This document shows, piece by piece, positions 12,723-25,166 of a stretch of DNA of 64,000 bases. The notes under the pieces are model-generated. The model was not told the origin of the DNA. It did not search any database and saw nothing but the letters and a program-made list of their open reading frames with translations. Position numbers and translations under genes: made by a program. The stretch comes from Isurus oxyrinchus (taxonomy: Eukaryota): the NCBI GenBank assembly GCA_026770705.1, contig JANJGN010000009.1:27032001-27096000 (forward strand), read 5' to 3'. The first letter of the stretch is position 1; each line of letters begins with the position of its first letter.

Positions 12723-13544
12723 AGAGAGTTGTCAATGTCTGCAGTGGATTAATAACACGTGCAGTGATTGATTCATTGGAAGCATTCGGAAGGAAGCTGG
12801 CCAAGTTTCCAAAAGTAGCTGAGATATCTATGCATAGGTTGCAGTTGGATCATTGGGGTTATTCACCCAGTCGCAGTGACCTCCAGGAGTGAGCTTGATT
12901 AGCTTCAGGGGTTAGGGAGGAACTTCTCAAGTCATTCATATTTATTCCTCTCTTTCAGATGATTGCATGGATCATGGGTTGGTGGACATGCTGAGAAGGG
13001 ATGTGGTGCTGTGCAAATTTACACCATGGAATGGTCTTGTTGAACCAACTGATCTTTATACCTCCTTTTTGATGTGTTCATAATCCTTCTGCCTCTCTAC
13101 CACCTTCTCTACGTGAGATCTTCCTTTCAAACCCTCTCCTTGTTGTCCCTCCTAACATCTCCCTCTCTGGTACAGTGTTCATCTTCTCCACCTCTAAAGC
13201 ATTGTGGAATGTTTTTCTTACTAAAAATGCTGTATAAAAGCTTCTTATCTTTCTCCTACTCATAGTATCAATGTACAAATTTTAATTAGAAAATCTGAAG
13301 TAGAATGTTTAGAAATGGGGAGGGAGTGTGGAGACATAGAGAGGATCTCTTCAAGGGCGTCATCCCCTTTCAGTGTATTGCTGATGTTCAGACTGTTCTT
13401 ACATATCAGGGTTTTGAAGTATGGAGGATCTTTGCCGAATCTCTCATTGCTGCTCTTCACAGAAGTCAATATTTGATGTTGTGGTTTTACATTTAAGTGT
13501 AGCTATTTATATTGTGTATTAGGATCTTACTGTAATAAAGTAAA

Positions 13545-13830
13545 AGGTTCTTTACCCTAACAGTGTCTCAAAGTACACCATAAGCTGGATTACCTTCAAT
13601 ATATGTAGGCAATGCAGTAAGCATGCTTTTGGAATGTTCCATAAGGAGGAATGAGATGAATGACCAGTTAACCTGATCTTTGATGTTATTGTTGAAGGAG
13701 CAATGTTGGCCTGGACAGTAGGAGAGTTCCCTGCACTTTGAATAATGCCATAAGATCATTAGTGTTCGGTTGATTATTTGGAACATGTTGGCACTTCCAA
13801 ATCAACAGCACTCTGTTGATGCTACACAGA
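13545..13830 (-). mobile_element. Deu-domain SINE fragment
   Basis: gaccagttaacctg...tgttgaaggagcaatgttggcctggaca...gaataatgccataagatc. Confidence 0.5.
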
Positions 13831-15004
13831 ACCCTCTGGCTAGTTTGATTTCAAACTCTTTTCAGAGTGCCTTCAATGGAAGTGACAATACTGTAAAACT
13901 GTTCCCAGCAAGAAAGCTTTCCCTTTTAACCTATAACTCGACAAACGCCAGGGATACTGTATTAATGATGACTCCATTACCAAATCTAAAATAAACAGAA
14001 GAATCTTACCCCAAACATAAAAATGTGCTTCAGGAATGTGAAAAAGTCAGTTTTGATTTTTATACAATGGTGTTATTTTATGTCAAATCTCACTTGTGTA
14101 CCATGCTCCTCATGCCTCTCCTCCGAATCTGGTTGAGAACCACTTAAGTGTAGTCAGTAGCGCAAATGGAGACTGGCCCAGGATGTGAGTTATTGACGTC
14201 CTCTGAGTGGTCTGAGCTACTGAGCTTTGGTCTTGTTTGTGTTGCAACACTGTTGATGATGAACAGTTTTTAACGTTGACCATTTAACTCTTCTTCAGCA
14301 TTTTTGATAGAATCTATAAAACTTTCCACGTGACAGTCTGTGAATAGTGCATGTCTCACAAATGCAATAATGTATTTAAGCAGTGAAATGTAGAAAGTAA
14401 ATATTTAATGTTCTCTATAGGGGTGTTTCAGAAAACTTCCAACATTTCTGCAGCAGTTTGTTCAATAGTTTATTCCTTATGTTGACCTTCTGTGCAGCTG
14501 TGGGGGCCAGTGTGTGACCTGCTCCCAGGCCACCGCTTAAAACCACCTTGCAGCTCAGGGTCACCCCACTATAATGCCACAAGGCTCTTTTACCGACAAT
14601 ATAATGGAAAGCCTGAGTGGAACCAACCCACCAGAGAAAGCTGGGCTTGGGGGTTGGTGGCAGCAGAGTGGTCAGAAGAGGTAAAGTTCATTGTTTTAAT
14701 AGTTGGGAGTGTTCCCACCCCAATTTACCTTGTTTCCTGCTGGCCTTAACATCATTCTTACCAGCTTTGGGCAAGAGATGGATATGGCTCAACTGTTAAA
14801 CTCAGCTGGGCAGCACTCTCTCCTGGTGGTCCGCCTGCTACAGGATTCCCTCACAACTGCTCCTACCCAAGTTAAAGCCAACTTCCTGGAATCTGCTTCC
14901 AGTACTTCCTCTGTGCATGTACATTTAAAAATGCATTGTTATAAAAATGTGCAGAAGTTTTAAAGAATTAAAAGAATATTAATTTTTTTGGCTTTTAATT
15001 ACAG

Positions 15005-15054
15005 ATCTTTCTCCTTGCATGTCCTCCCTGTAGAATTGCCCTGATTGTTTTCAG
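15005..15054 (+). other. Candidate host exon (50 nt; alternative 21-nt form 15034-15054)
   Basis: Acceptor ttttaattacag at 15004, second acceptor tcctccctgtag at 15033, strong donor CAG|gtaaga; non-repetitive context. Confidence 0.5.
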
Positions 15055-15844
15055 GTAAGAATTGTTCTATTTGTGTATCTATTTCTACCTTTTGTATCCA
15101 TGAATAAAATCATAGGCATGAAACATGAGTGCCTGTAGTCAACCAAGTAATTGCAGATATGATTCAGAAGGTCTACAAAGGAAAAGTTAACTCTACTTGG
15201 AGACTTAATATCATTGCTGGTGATAGCCTATACTAATTAGTCTCCAGACTCTCCCTAACTCCTGCTGCTACTCTGCTGGACTATTTTACTCTTGCAGTTA
15301 CCAGACTGGTCATTGTAGAATCTGAATGAAAAATTTGATTTTTTTTTCAAAAATAGTAACATATAACTGTTGCATTAACCAATTCAGTTCATCTTCTTTC
15401 TCACAAATAGTTAGGCTCAACATGACTTTTTAAATGAGATTTTGTTTACTTTGATTCCACAAAGTGCATTTTTTTTATTGGGGGTGGTGTGCGGGGTGAA
15501 GACAATTATCTGATTCATTAATAATTCATTCATTCTCTGTCTCTACCGGCTCCAATCCCCACTCTGTCCTGCCTTTTTCTATGGTGAAGTCTCAGATATA
15601 CTTCTATTTATATATTTAAAAAAAACTGTGCCAATCAAAACATTGCCCCTGCAAAAAATGAAGGATTTGTAACATGAGCTGTATTCACCATCACTGTCTG
15701 GTATTGAGTAACTCCAGTTTGTGGTGGTTGTTGAAGTCTCCCATATAGGTAGCTGGACGGGGCATTATTGACTGGGCTTGCTGTTCCTAGCTGGCACTTG
15801 GAACCTTGTGTAAGTTCATGTTATGAAAATCGCTGACCAGAACA

Positions 15845-16290
15845 TGGTTAATGATGCTGCACTGGCAGTGTTGAATCAGACATGGGTGGCATAGTCATGT
15901 TTAGCATGAGGAGAGTAGCACAGTAGATTAAAGCCTTTGACGTGACCTCCTTCAGTTCCAGTATGAGTCTCTTGTAAGCAAATGATGTCTTATCCAATGA
16001 GGTTTTGTTTGGCAGCTGATAGTCCCTCAACATTACGTTGTAAGATTTGGAGAACATGCCCTGTTGCCATGAAGCCAGAGGGCTGCTCAACGTTCAGACT
16101 GATGGTTCCGGAGTATATCTGGGGTTCCACAAGGGGATGCTTTGAGTTCTTTAATTTTCTCTTAGAATTGAGTCTGCTGATAGGATTGTTGATTTCCCCA
16201 GATGCACTGGTTACTGACTGGGTTGCAACTGAACATTGGCCTGACAAAGCATCAATGTATATATACAAATGTCAAGCAAGTTCATCTGTG
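15845..16290 (-). mobile_element. Vingi/Ingi-like LINE 5' part (AP-endonuclease N-terminus), decayed
   Basis: ILQRNVEGLSAAKQNLIG*DIICLQETH...KGFNLLCYSPHAKHDYATHV contains APE motifs NVEG and LQETH. Confidence 0.7.
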
Positions 16291-16299
16291 TTGATGAGA

Positions 16300-16670
16300 T
16301 CTATTGTGCCACACAAGCTCCATCCTTCTGATGTTACAAAGCTGATAGACTACTGCAGCACATGGCACCCCTTATTGAATCCACATAAAACTATATTGGT
16401 GTATTCCACCTCCACAATGCCAGTGCCAAAAAAGAATTGCATGTCTACATGGGATGGCCAGATACCTAAAGCATGACCACCATACTTGGGAGTGATTCTA
16501 GGGCTCTGTCCTTCCAGGAAACGGCAACAAAGCTCAAGAGCAGAAACGACCTATTACCCAAATTTGCTGGATCAATGTGGGGTCCTGTTGCCACAACGCT
16601 CCTATGCCTAGCACTTGCACTTGCCCTTGCCCTATCATAGTCCACAGTAGTCCTCTTTGGCAAAGGTTGT
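16300..16670 (+). mobile_element. Vingi/Ingi-like LINE RT C-terminal fragment, frameshifted
   Basis: DVTKLIDYCSTW...FHLHNASAKKEL...PYLGV...KLKSRNDLLPKFAGSMWG across frames. Confidence 0.7.
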
Positions 16671-16675
16671 CATAT

Positions 16676-16722
16676 GCGCACGCACACACATACACTCTCT
16701 CTCTCTCTCTCTCGCTCTCTGT
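16676..16722. repeat. Compound (CA)n/(CT)n microsatellite
   Basis: Directly visible. Confidence 0.85.
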
Positions 16723-17194
16723 CTGTTGAATGTAATGATGTGCATCATAACTAGAACTCTCCTGTCAACACACCCTTTCCCTGGCTTCTTGCCCTTGCAA
16801 ATGTCACTCTGCTACACACCCACTAACTAACAAAAAACCCATTTGCTAACCCTCAGCTACTCACCCATTGCATTGGACACTTAAACTTACCTTAGGGCAG
16901 CTAGTGCAGTAAAATGGGGGCGGGTCCAGCCTTCACTCTGACATTACTCCACTGTGATAGAGGATAGATATTATGCTGTGAATTTTCTGGAGAAGCAAGG
17001 CTCTGGAGATCTGGCCAGCAATGTGGGGAGCAGGAAAGTACAGTCCGATGGTGATTGCTACTTCGTGGAAGATCTAGGTCAATATCTCATCCAATAATCC
17101 TGACAGAATTGTAGGTCTTTGCCTTGCATTCATTTTTGAAATTTGTCTCGATGGAAAAATTTGTTTTAGAATTTCAGTGAAACTAAATATCATT

Positions 17195-17333
17195 TAGGTG
17201 GAGGCAAAGGAGAGATTGCCAAAGATGTCATGTCATGGATAAAGGATTGTTAATATAGTAATACTGGCTAAAGTGGGTACTGATGGTGGCATCAAGGTCA
17301 GAATGTGATAATGGCAGGACAAGAGTAAGCACT
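17195..17333 (-). mobile_element. Inverted Penelope terminal-repeat fragment abutting the 5' end of the next element
   Basis: Reverse complement agtgcttactcttgtcctgccattatcacattct... matches 18481-18555. Confidence 0.7.
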
Positions 17334-17334
17334 T

Positions 17335-18706
17335 AATTCCTGGTGATAGACTGTCCACCACTATTTACTACAAGCTGACCAATTCCCACAGTTCCCTAGA
17401 CTACACTCCTCACACCCTGCCTCCTGTAAGGACTCCATTCCATTCTTGGTTCCTTTGCCTCTGTCGCATCTATTCCAATGTTACCACTTTCCAAAATGGT
17501 GCTTCTGACATGTCTTCCTCCTTCAATCGAGGTTTCCCACCCACTGTGGTTGACGGGGCCCTCAACTGTATCTGACGCATCTACTGTGCCTCTGCCCTCA
17601 CACTTTCCTATCCCTCCTAGAACCATGATAGGGTCCCCCTTGTCCTCACTTTTCACCCCACCAGCCTCCGCATTCAAAGGATCATCCTTCACCATTTCTG
17701 CCAACTCCAGCATAATGCCACCACCAAACACATCTTCCCCTCACTGCACCCCCCTACCCCCGTCAGCATTTCATAGGGACCATTCCCTCTGGGACACCCT
17801 GGTCCACTCCTCCATCGCCCCCAACACCTCATCTCCCTCCCATGGCACCTTCCCATGCAATTGCAGAAGGTGCAGCACCTGTCGCTTTACCACCTCCCCT
17901 CCTCACCATCCAATGGCCCAAACACCCCTTTCTGGTGAAATAGTGCTTCACTTGCACCTCCTTAAATTTGATCTACTGCATTTCCTGCTCCCAATGCAGT
18001 CTTCTCTACATTGGAGAGACAAAACGCAGACTGGGTGATCAATTTGCGGAACATCTTTGGTCTGTCTGCAAGCATGACCCGGACCTTCCGGTGGCTTGCC
18101 ATTTCAACACTCCACCCTGCTCTCATGCCCACATGTCTGTCCTTGGCCTGCTGCAATGTTGCAGTGAAGCTCAACACAAACTGGAGAAACAGCACCTCAT
18201 CTTCCGACTAGGCACTTTACAGCCTTCCGGACTTAACATTGAGTTCAACAACTTCAGATCATGAATTCTCTCCTCCACCCTTACCCCTTCTTGTTTTTAC
18301 CCCCTTTTTTAATATTCTTTCTCATTTCTTAATTTTTTATTCACTTATTTTTATTTTCATTTTTATTCATTGTTTTATCCCCACCTTTTATCCTATTTTC
18401 AATCTTTTTTTCCCCCACCACTGTCCCCTTCCCCCACCCCACAAGGACCATCTGTCATTTGTTCATGTTGCTCTTTCCAGAGTGCTTACCTTTGTCCTGC
18501 TATTATCACATTCTACTTTCTGATCTTAATACCACCATCAGCACCTCCTTCACCTGTTCCACCCCCTTAGACAGTATAAACTTCATTACATTTTTACTTC
18601 TCTCTAGCTCTGAAGAAGAGTCTTAAGGACTCGAAACAACTCCTGTTTTTTTTCTCTCCATAGATGCAGCTAGGCCTGAGTTTTTCCAGCATTTTCTATT
18701 TTTGTT
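17335..18706 (+). mobile_element. Penelope-like element, lineage A (Neptune-type), 5'-truncated and frameshifted
   Basis: Cys linker TFPCNCRRCSTC; GIY-YIG IYCISCSQCSLLYIGETKRRLGDQFAEH...LGTLQPSGLNIEF; terminal hammerhead motif. Confidence 0.9.
18606..18642 (+). ncRNA. Hammerhead motif lacking its cleavage triplet
   Basis: CTGAAGA-A-gagtc-ttaag-gactc-GAAAC-aactc; 3 nt missing relative to gaaacgtcaactc in other copies. Confidence 0.6.
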
Positions 18707-18984
18707 GCGGAATTATTTGTTCACTTGGGCAGGTGGACCATATACTCTGAAGCTTGTTCTGTCTACAAGGATGGGAGGTGAAATGAGGCAAATGTAGTTT
18801 AGAATTCTTGGCTCAATGCACAAAATGGTTGGTTCTTTTACTGCACACTTTGATTCCATAGAGGAGTGGGACTAGTTGAGTAGCTCTTGGAGAGAGCTGG
18901 CACAGATTTGATTGGTTACAGCACAGAAGAAGGAGGTTATTCAACCTTTCAATTATCATTGCCAATGTCATAGTTGGGGTCCGA

Positions 18985-19812
18985 GCCATTTGCTCACTGT
19001 GCAGGGCGCATCAAAGCTATCCTGTGGGATAATGGCTACCCTGATCAGATCATTGTTCGCTGCATATCATGCATACTCATGAGTCTAAGGCTGCCACTTT
19101 GGGCTCAAAGTGCCATATTACCCTGAAAGGGTAAGGTGTATCAAAAATGTGAACAACAGGTGAAGCCAGCCGTTTTATGCTGTTGCTGTGCTTAACAACC
19201 CTAGTTGCATTTTCCACAAACAGGATACTGCTGTCAAGCCAAAAAGGCATTCCATCTATATCTCTCAAGCCTAATGTGGTATTTGAATTTCAGTGCTGGT
19301 GTGATGTCAGGTATGTAGGTTGTACGTCCCAACAATTGGCAACTCCTATCAAACAGCACTCCCCTTCGGCTGATTGCAATAGGCAGAGTACCAGCTGTAC
19401 TCAACCAGCCCTTGCTTGTGCAACTTGGAAGATTTTGTCTAACATTTTAGATGTGATTCTGCGATTGGACAATCCTGAATTTACAAAGGATCACACTAAC
19501 AACCAATTTAAGAAGTTACATGCGTTCATATGCAGGGACATTTCCTCTGCACAGAAAAGGAACATGTCTAGGTAGTGCATCTTGTTGTTTGAATAAAACA
19601 AAAGCATTGGGCGGTGGGGAGGGGTGCGGTGGTGGGACTGTGGGGGATTAGTTCCCTGATGTATTCTCCATGGCAATGCCTCAACTAATCAGGGTCAACT
19701 TGTCAACCTATCAACACCTCTTTTCTCATGCAATATAAATTGTAACTCCCTTTGACATTTGGCATTCTTGCATCTCTTCCTGATGAGTGGAAGATAAAAG
19801 CTTTGACACATT
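18985..19812 (+). mobile_element. Penelope-like element, lineage B, 3' part
   Basis: ORF 19177-19575 NVVFEFQCWCDVRYVGCTSQQLATPIKQH is GIY-YIG-like; degenerate ctgatga hammerhead core at 19780-19786. Confidence 0.75.
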
Positions 19813-19936
19813 TTGAGCCAAACTTCAGTTGTATACTAGCACGTGACCCATTCTATAATTCTGTGACTTGCATAAAATTCATCAATTTATTTTCCATATG
19901 CTAAGAAATTGAGTGCATTCCAAATTCAGAAACCAG

Positions 19937-20624
19937 GGGCTGCATTTTACATACCCTCAATGTTTTTGGTGTGGTAGGGACCATGTAAAATAGGGTAGGT
20001 CCCCACCCCATCACCTTCCCACCACACTGGGTGGCTGGGTGCTGAAATCAGCAGCTTGTCTGCCATATTTAAATAGATAATAAAGGGTCAGCTAGGCTCA
20101 ATTGACCCTGATGATAATACACCGCCCGTGCCATAAAATGTTTGGTGCCACCAGAGTGGGCAGCCTATGCTTTTTTAAAAAATAATCACTTTGAAGGACC
20201 AGGCAGGGGGATGTTTCTAACTTCGGGTGAAAGCCCTTAGCTGATCCAGGTTCCGCACCCCTAACCCAAGATAAAATCTTCCCTTTCTTCCTACCCACCT
20301 GCAGCCTTAAGCCCATACACCCCTCCCTACCCAAAGCACCCTGAACTTGGCTGTTTCTGGGGATCCTCTTTTCCCCCTCCTCCTTGCAGTCCCAGGAACA
20401 CCCACTAATCAGTTATTGACATTACAGGGAGAGATTGGCTGGCAGCTCCCAAGGGAGGGGCGCAAGTCCCACTTGATCCTTGTTTAGCTTGCCTACTGTG
20501 CATTTATGGCTGCAGGGCAGGCTGGCATGGAGCGGGTCAGTTCCACACTGACTCTGCTTCTGGGGAGTGGGTGAGTTGACTACCCACACCCCCTTCAACC
20601 CACTCACCAAGTAATATTCAGCCC
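19937..20624. mobile_element. Non-autonomous TIR element (PIF/Harbinger-like MITE)
   Basis: TIR gggctgcattttac / gtaatattcagccc; GC-rich interior; flanks cag/aag. Confidence 0.6.
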
Positions 20625-20626
20625 AA

Positions 20627-21432
20627 GGTCAGAATTTTACCTGTGGGAAATGGGAGTTAGGACCAAACCCAAGCTGAGTTTCTGCCTCTATTTCCAGGGA
20701 GTGCAATCTTGTAGTCCCCAGGGCCTTATTTGGCCTGGGAATGGGTCTGCCACCCACATTAGGCACATCTGGAGTGGGGTGGGCAGTGGACATGGGGTGA
20801 TTCCATCCCCTAATACATCGGCTTAGATCTTTGGATAGATATGCGGTGACTGTTGAGCTGCATCGGGAAGACCTCAACGTTTTTAAATCTATTTCCCCCC
20901 CCACCCTTCATCCACCTTCCACTCCCCATCCCCATCCTCCTCACTCACCCAACCACATCCCCACCCTCACTTGGTCCTTATCTCACAAGTGCTATTATAA
21001 AAAGTGGATTGCATCCAATAGCCCATAATCTCTCCCCCCACAAACAAAAGAAATTTTACCTTGGGGGATCTAATAATCCCAGCAGATGTCTAAACCGAAA
21101 ACCTAAAAGCGATTGAAAGTGTTTTTAAACAAAAGCATTTAACCTTTTAAAACCCTTCCCCATCACCTCCATGCAGATCGTGTAAAACCCAACAGCTGCA
21201 GCACCTTAGCCACCTCGCAGAAAATGAGAGCTTTCTGGGAATGAGCCTCCCACAATTAAATGAATTTGTTAATAAACTGTCTGCCTCCACCACCCCCCCC
21301 CCCCCCCCCCCCCCCCTTCAAAAAGGTGGAGGGTGGAAATGGAGGCGGATTTCTGGCCATGTCGCTCTGTGGCCATTTTGTTTCCTGACCTTCCTCCATT
21401 CCTGTCTGATTCTGGATGATAAATTCTGGTCC
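20627..21432. mobile_element. Second adjacent MITE-like element
   Basis: ggtcagaatttta ... taaattctggtcc termini; internal poly-C run near 21294-21316. Confidence 0.45.
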
Positions 21433-22609
21433 TAGTGTTAGCATCGAGCACATCCAGTCCAGGTATACATTTATTTTGCAGGTTAGGTCAAATTAAGTGT
21501 CATTTGTTCGTGTTTTAAAGTTTCCTGCAAAATCCAAATGTGACTCGCTGAAGCGAATATGGATAACAAATTTCTTTGCTGAATAAAACAAAAGCAACTA
21601 GTTCAAGCTAAGGGAGCAGAATTTAATTTCTGCTGGCTAAGCAATTAAAAATGGAGTGTTTAAGATGGGCTAATGTAATTTCTTCCACAGCCCAGAGCAT
21701 CTTTAGTCCTTGCTACTGGCACAAGCACTAGGATTAAATGGATTGGTACAAGGTGAATGAACATAAATTGACACTGTAATTAAATAGACACAAACCTTCT
21801 AATTACTTTCAGGTTAATGTGTCTCTGTCCCAGAAGATAAGTTCTTTTAAGACAAAATATCACTTTTTAATAGTCTGTGACCAAGTGCGTTTTTAATGTT
21901 CTAAATAACAAAATAAATGCAACAACAGTAATCTGTGGCAAGGATGAGAGACATTGTCCTAAAGTGTTTGATTATCCCCTCCCCCAACTCCATAAATAAA
22001 CATTGGCCTGAATTTTTCGGGCACTGTAGCACCGATAATGAGCATTAATGTTCAAACCTCAAGAATAGCTTTTCTATTGTAACACCATAAAGACCTAACA
22101 CAAACTTGTATGTGTTCTGCCTGTCAACTCTGCTGCTGCTGCTTGTATTCTCTACAGCTTTTTACTTTGGCTTCAGTTTATACTTTAGGTATCTAATGAG
22201 ATTCTACGTTCTATTCTAGCTTTTGATTCTCTCATCTCCTACTGTGTATTTTGAAGGGGAGAGCAATATTCTTAAATTGTGGCTGGACAATGTTGTTGCT
22301 GTCAGAGATGGTTGAAAATTTGTCTGCATTGTCTGTTTTAGGACTTTCTTTAAGTATAGAAATGAACTGAAGGTAAGAGTCATGAGGTAAGTGCCTAAGT
22401 TTGCAAACAATGCAATGATGATGAAGTTGGTAGGCTCCATAAGCTGAACAGGACCAACATGTCAGGATTTGAATATTCTTGGGAATTGGTCAGGCAGGTG
22501 ACGGATGTAATTCAACGCAGAGAAATGCAAGGCACTTGACATGGGGACAAAAAATGTGCAGGTAGAGATCATTGCATCAATAGAAAGAAATTGTGTATTG
22601 AAAATGAAA

Positions 22610-23420
22610 GAAGGTGGCAGATGCAGTATAATGTGAACTTGTCCAATTTGGCAGAAAGAATAGAAAAGCAGCCTATTATTTAAATAGGGAGAGATTGCAG
22701 AACTTGGTGGTACAGCAGGATCTGGGTACCCTTGTACATGAATCAGGGAAAGTTAGTATGCAGGTCAAGCAAATGATTAGGAAGGTACATGGAATGTCAT
22801 CATTTATTGCAAAGGGGATGGAATATAAACATGAGGATGTTTTGCTACAGCTTAACAGGGTGTTGGTGAGACCACATCTGGAACACTGTACAGTTTTGGT
22901 TTCCTTATTTAAGAAAGGATATAAATGTTTTAGCAGTTCAGAAAAGGTTCACTTGACTGTTTACCTGGATGGGGCAGGGTGGGGGAGGTGCTTATCTGTG
23001 AGGATAGGCTGGGCCTGTATCCATTGGAGTTTAGAAGAAAGACGTGTGATCATATTGAAATATATAAGATCCTGGGAGATTTGACAGAGTGAATGCTGAA
23101 AGGATGTTTCCCCTTGTGGGAGAGACTGGAACTACGGGTCACAGTTTAAAAATAAGGGGTGTCCTCTTTAAGATGGAGGTTAGGAGAATTTTTTTCTTTT
23201 CAGGGATGTGTCTTTGGAACACACTCTCCCAGGTAGTGGTGGAGGCAGGGCCATGAATATTTTTAAGGCAGAGGTCAATAGAGTCTTGACTGACGAGGGA
23301 GAAAAGGTTAACGGTGTAGGTGGAATGTGGAGTTGAGGCCACAATCATATCAGCCATTATCTTATCAAATGAAGAAGCAGGCTTAGGAGGCTGAATGGCA
23401 GCCTCCTGCTTATTCATATA
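22610..23420 (+). mobile_element. CR1 LINE 3' part
   Basis: QQDLGTLVHES...LVRPHLEH; tail ggctgaatggcagcctcctgct. Confidence 0.88.
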
Positions 23421-24149
23421 TTTACATTTTTTGGGTCCTGGTTGTGTAATGTCACGTGAATGGTGAGGATGAGGATTCTGGCCTGTGCTCTCCTATGGCC
23501 TCCGTTGCAGGTCAGTAACTTACATTTGAAGGACCCTGAGAACCACTGGTCTAGACAGTGAATAGTGGAGGACTGTGTAACCATAGAAGACATTGGCTGC
23601 AGACAAGATGGAATTGAACTAATGTCAAATTTCCAGCAAGAATTTTGATAGCAATTGGAAGTGATCCTCTCTAGCTGACTTTATTTTGCTTCTCCCTCAC
23701 CCAACATTGCCCACCTGAAATCATTTGGTTCTCAATAGAGATTAAACCTGGTAACTCCCTTGGCTGCGTGGCTCACCACCATACCAGGAGGTGCAATTAC
23801 TCATTGAATTATTGGGACAGCTAGTAATTAAAATCTTAATTATAAAGCTGCTGTACTGTTTAGATATAAATGGAAAGAGGAACTATGAATACTGGAGATG
23901 CAAAGGAAAGGAAAATGCTAGCATTTAAAAGATAAAAATAAAAGAAGGGACTTGCATTTCCTTGTAACTTTTTTAAAATTGAATTTTCAAGTTACCTCAT
24001 GGCTTCATAAAACATTACACATGTGCATTACACACACAGGTGTGTTCTGACATATTTTATGAAGCCATTATGCAATGAAGAGTACGCTCGTAGAACTTGG
24101 ATTTAGGTGTACTCATCATTTTGAGTACCTCCTGTCACAGAGCTTGTAT

Positions 24150-24470
24150 TTGAGACATCAAAAAGTACTCGAATTCCAAAAGAGTTACTTTTAGGTGTGG
24201 TCCTGCACTACAGCAAATGAGACAAACTGACCAGTTAAATTGGTTTTGGTGTTTTTAGATGGCTGATGAAGTTGGGCAGGACATTGCGAAAACTGTGCTT
24301 CTGTGTGAGTTGTTGGCATCACAAACTAATGTCCATGTGTTTGCTTACATTCACCTGAAAAGTTAGGTGCACCCTTGTTTAATATCTCCTCTTAAAAAGA
24401 CAGTTTTTCCAACAATGCAACACTTACTCCATTGGAAAAGGCTACCATAGATAATTGGCCTAAAATCCTT
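24150..24470 (-). mobile_element. Deu-domain SINE fragment
   Basis: cagcaaatgagacaaactgaccag...gtttaatatctcctcttaaaaagacag...aatgcaacact. Confidence 0.45.
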
Positions 24471-25166
24471 GGGCCCACTGCACTTGTGTAAATGGGACAA
24501 ATCTGCGCTGCTGCTGATATTAGTTTCTGATCCCACTGGCTTGTCTGGGGGTGGGGAGCTGGGAAAGGGAAGCAGATTTGCTTCAGTATGGGTACATCTT
24601 GAACAGGTGGCTAGGAGAAGCAGAGGGCTGCAGTTTTAGATGGGTGTCAGACCCAAGGTTCCTGAGAGTTACGTAACTCTCTTTGTAAGATAGCTTATGT
24701 TAACAAATTGTAAAACTCACTTCCAGTATTTACTTGCCCTGCTATGGAAATTCAGTCAGTCCAGTTCCAATGTGAACAATTGTCTTGATGCTGCTTTTTT
24801 AAAAAAATCCCTAGTATCCAGATTACTGGTTGGAAGGAAAACAGTACCACAGGAATTCAGCAGGGCCAAGGCATCCCATAGGCCTTTGACATCAGGGCCC
24901 ATCTTTAGGCCAGGTGATGCTACTTTCCATCCCAGGCCCCATTTTAAACTGGCCACTGATGTTCTGGTGGAGAGCTGGTATTTTAGGAACCTTCTTTTCT
25001 CACTTTCCCCCAGGTACTTCAAGTCTCAAGGAAAATAATGCCCAGATTTTTTGCTAGGTAAGGGTACGGAGAAAAGGTGGGTAAATAGAAGAGGTTCAGA
25101 ACAACCATGCAGGCTTTTTTTTAATTCATTCACTGGATGGGCTGAATGGCCTACTCTTGTGTCTAT

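Noticed and set aside
21241-21453. Poly-Pro and poly-Gly ORFs
   Set aside because: Produced by a poly-C homopolymer
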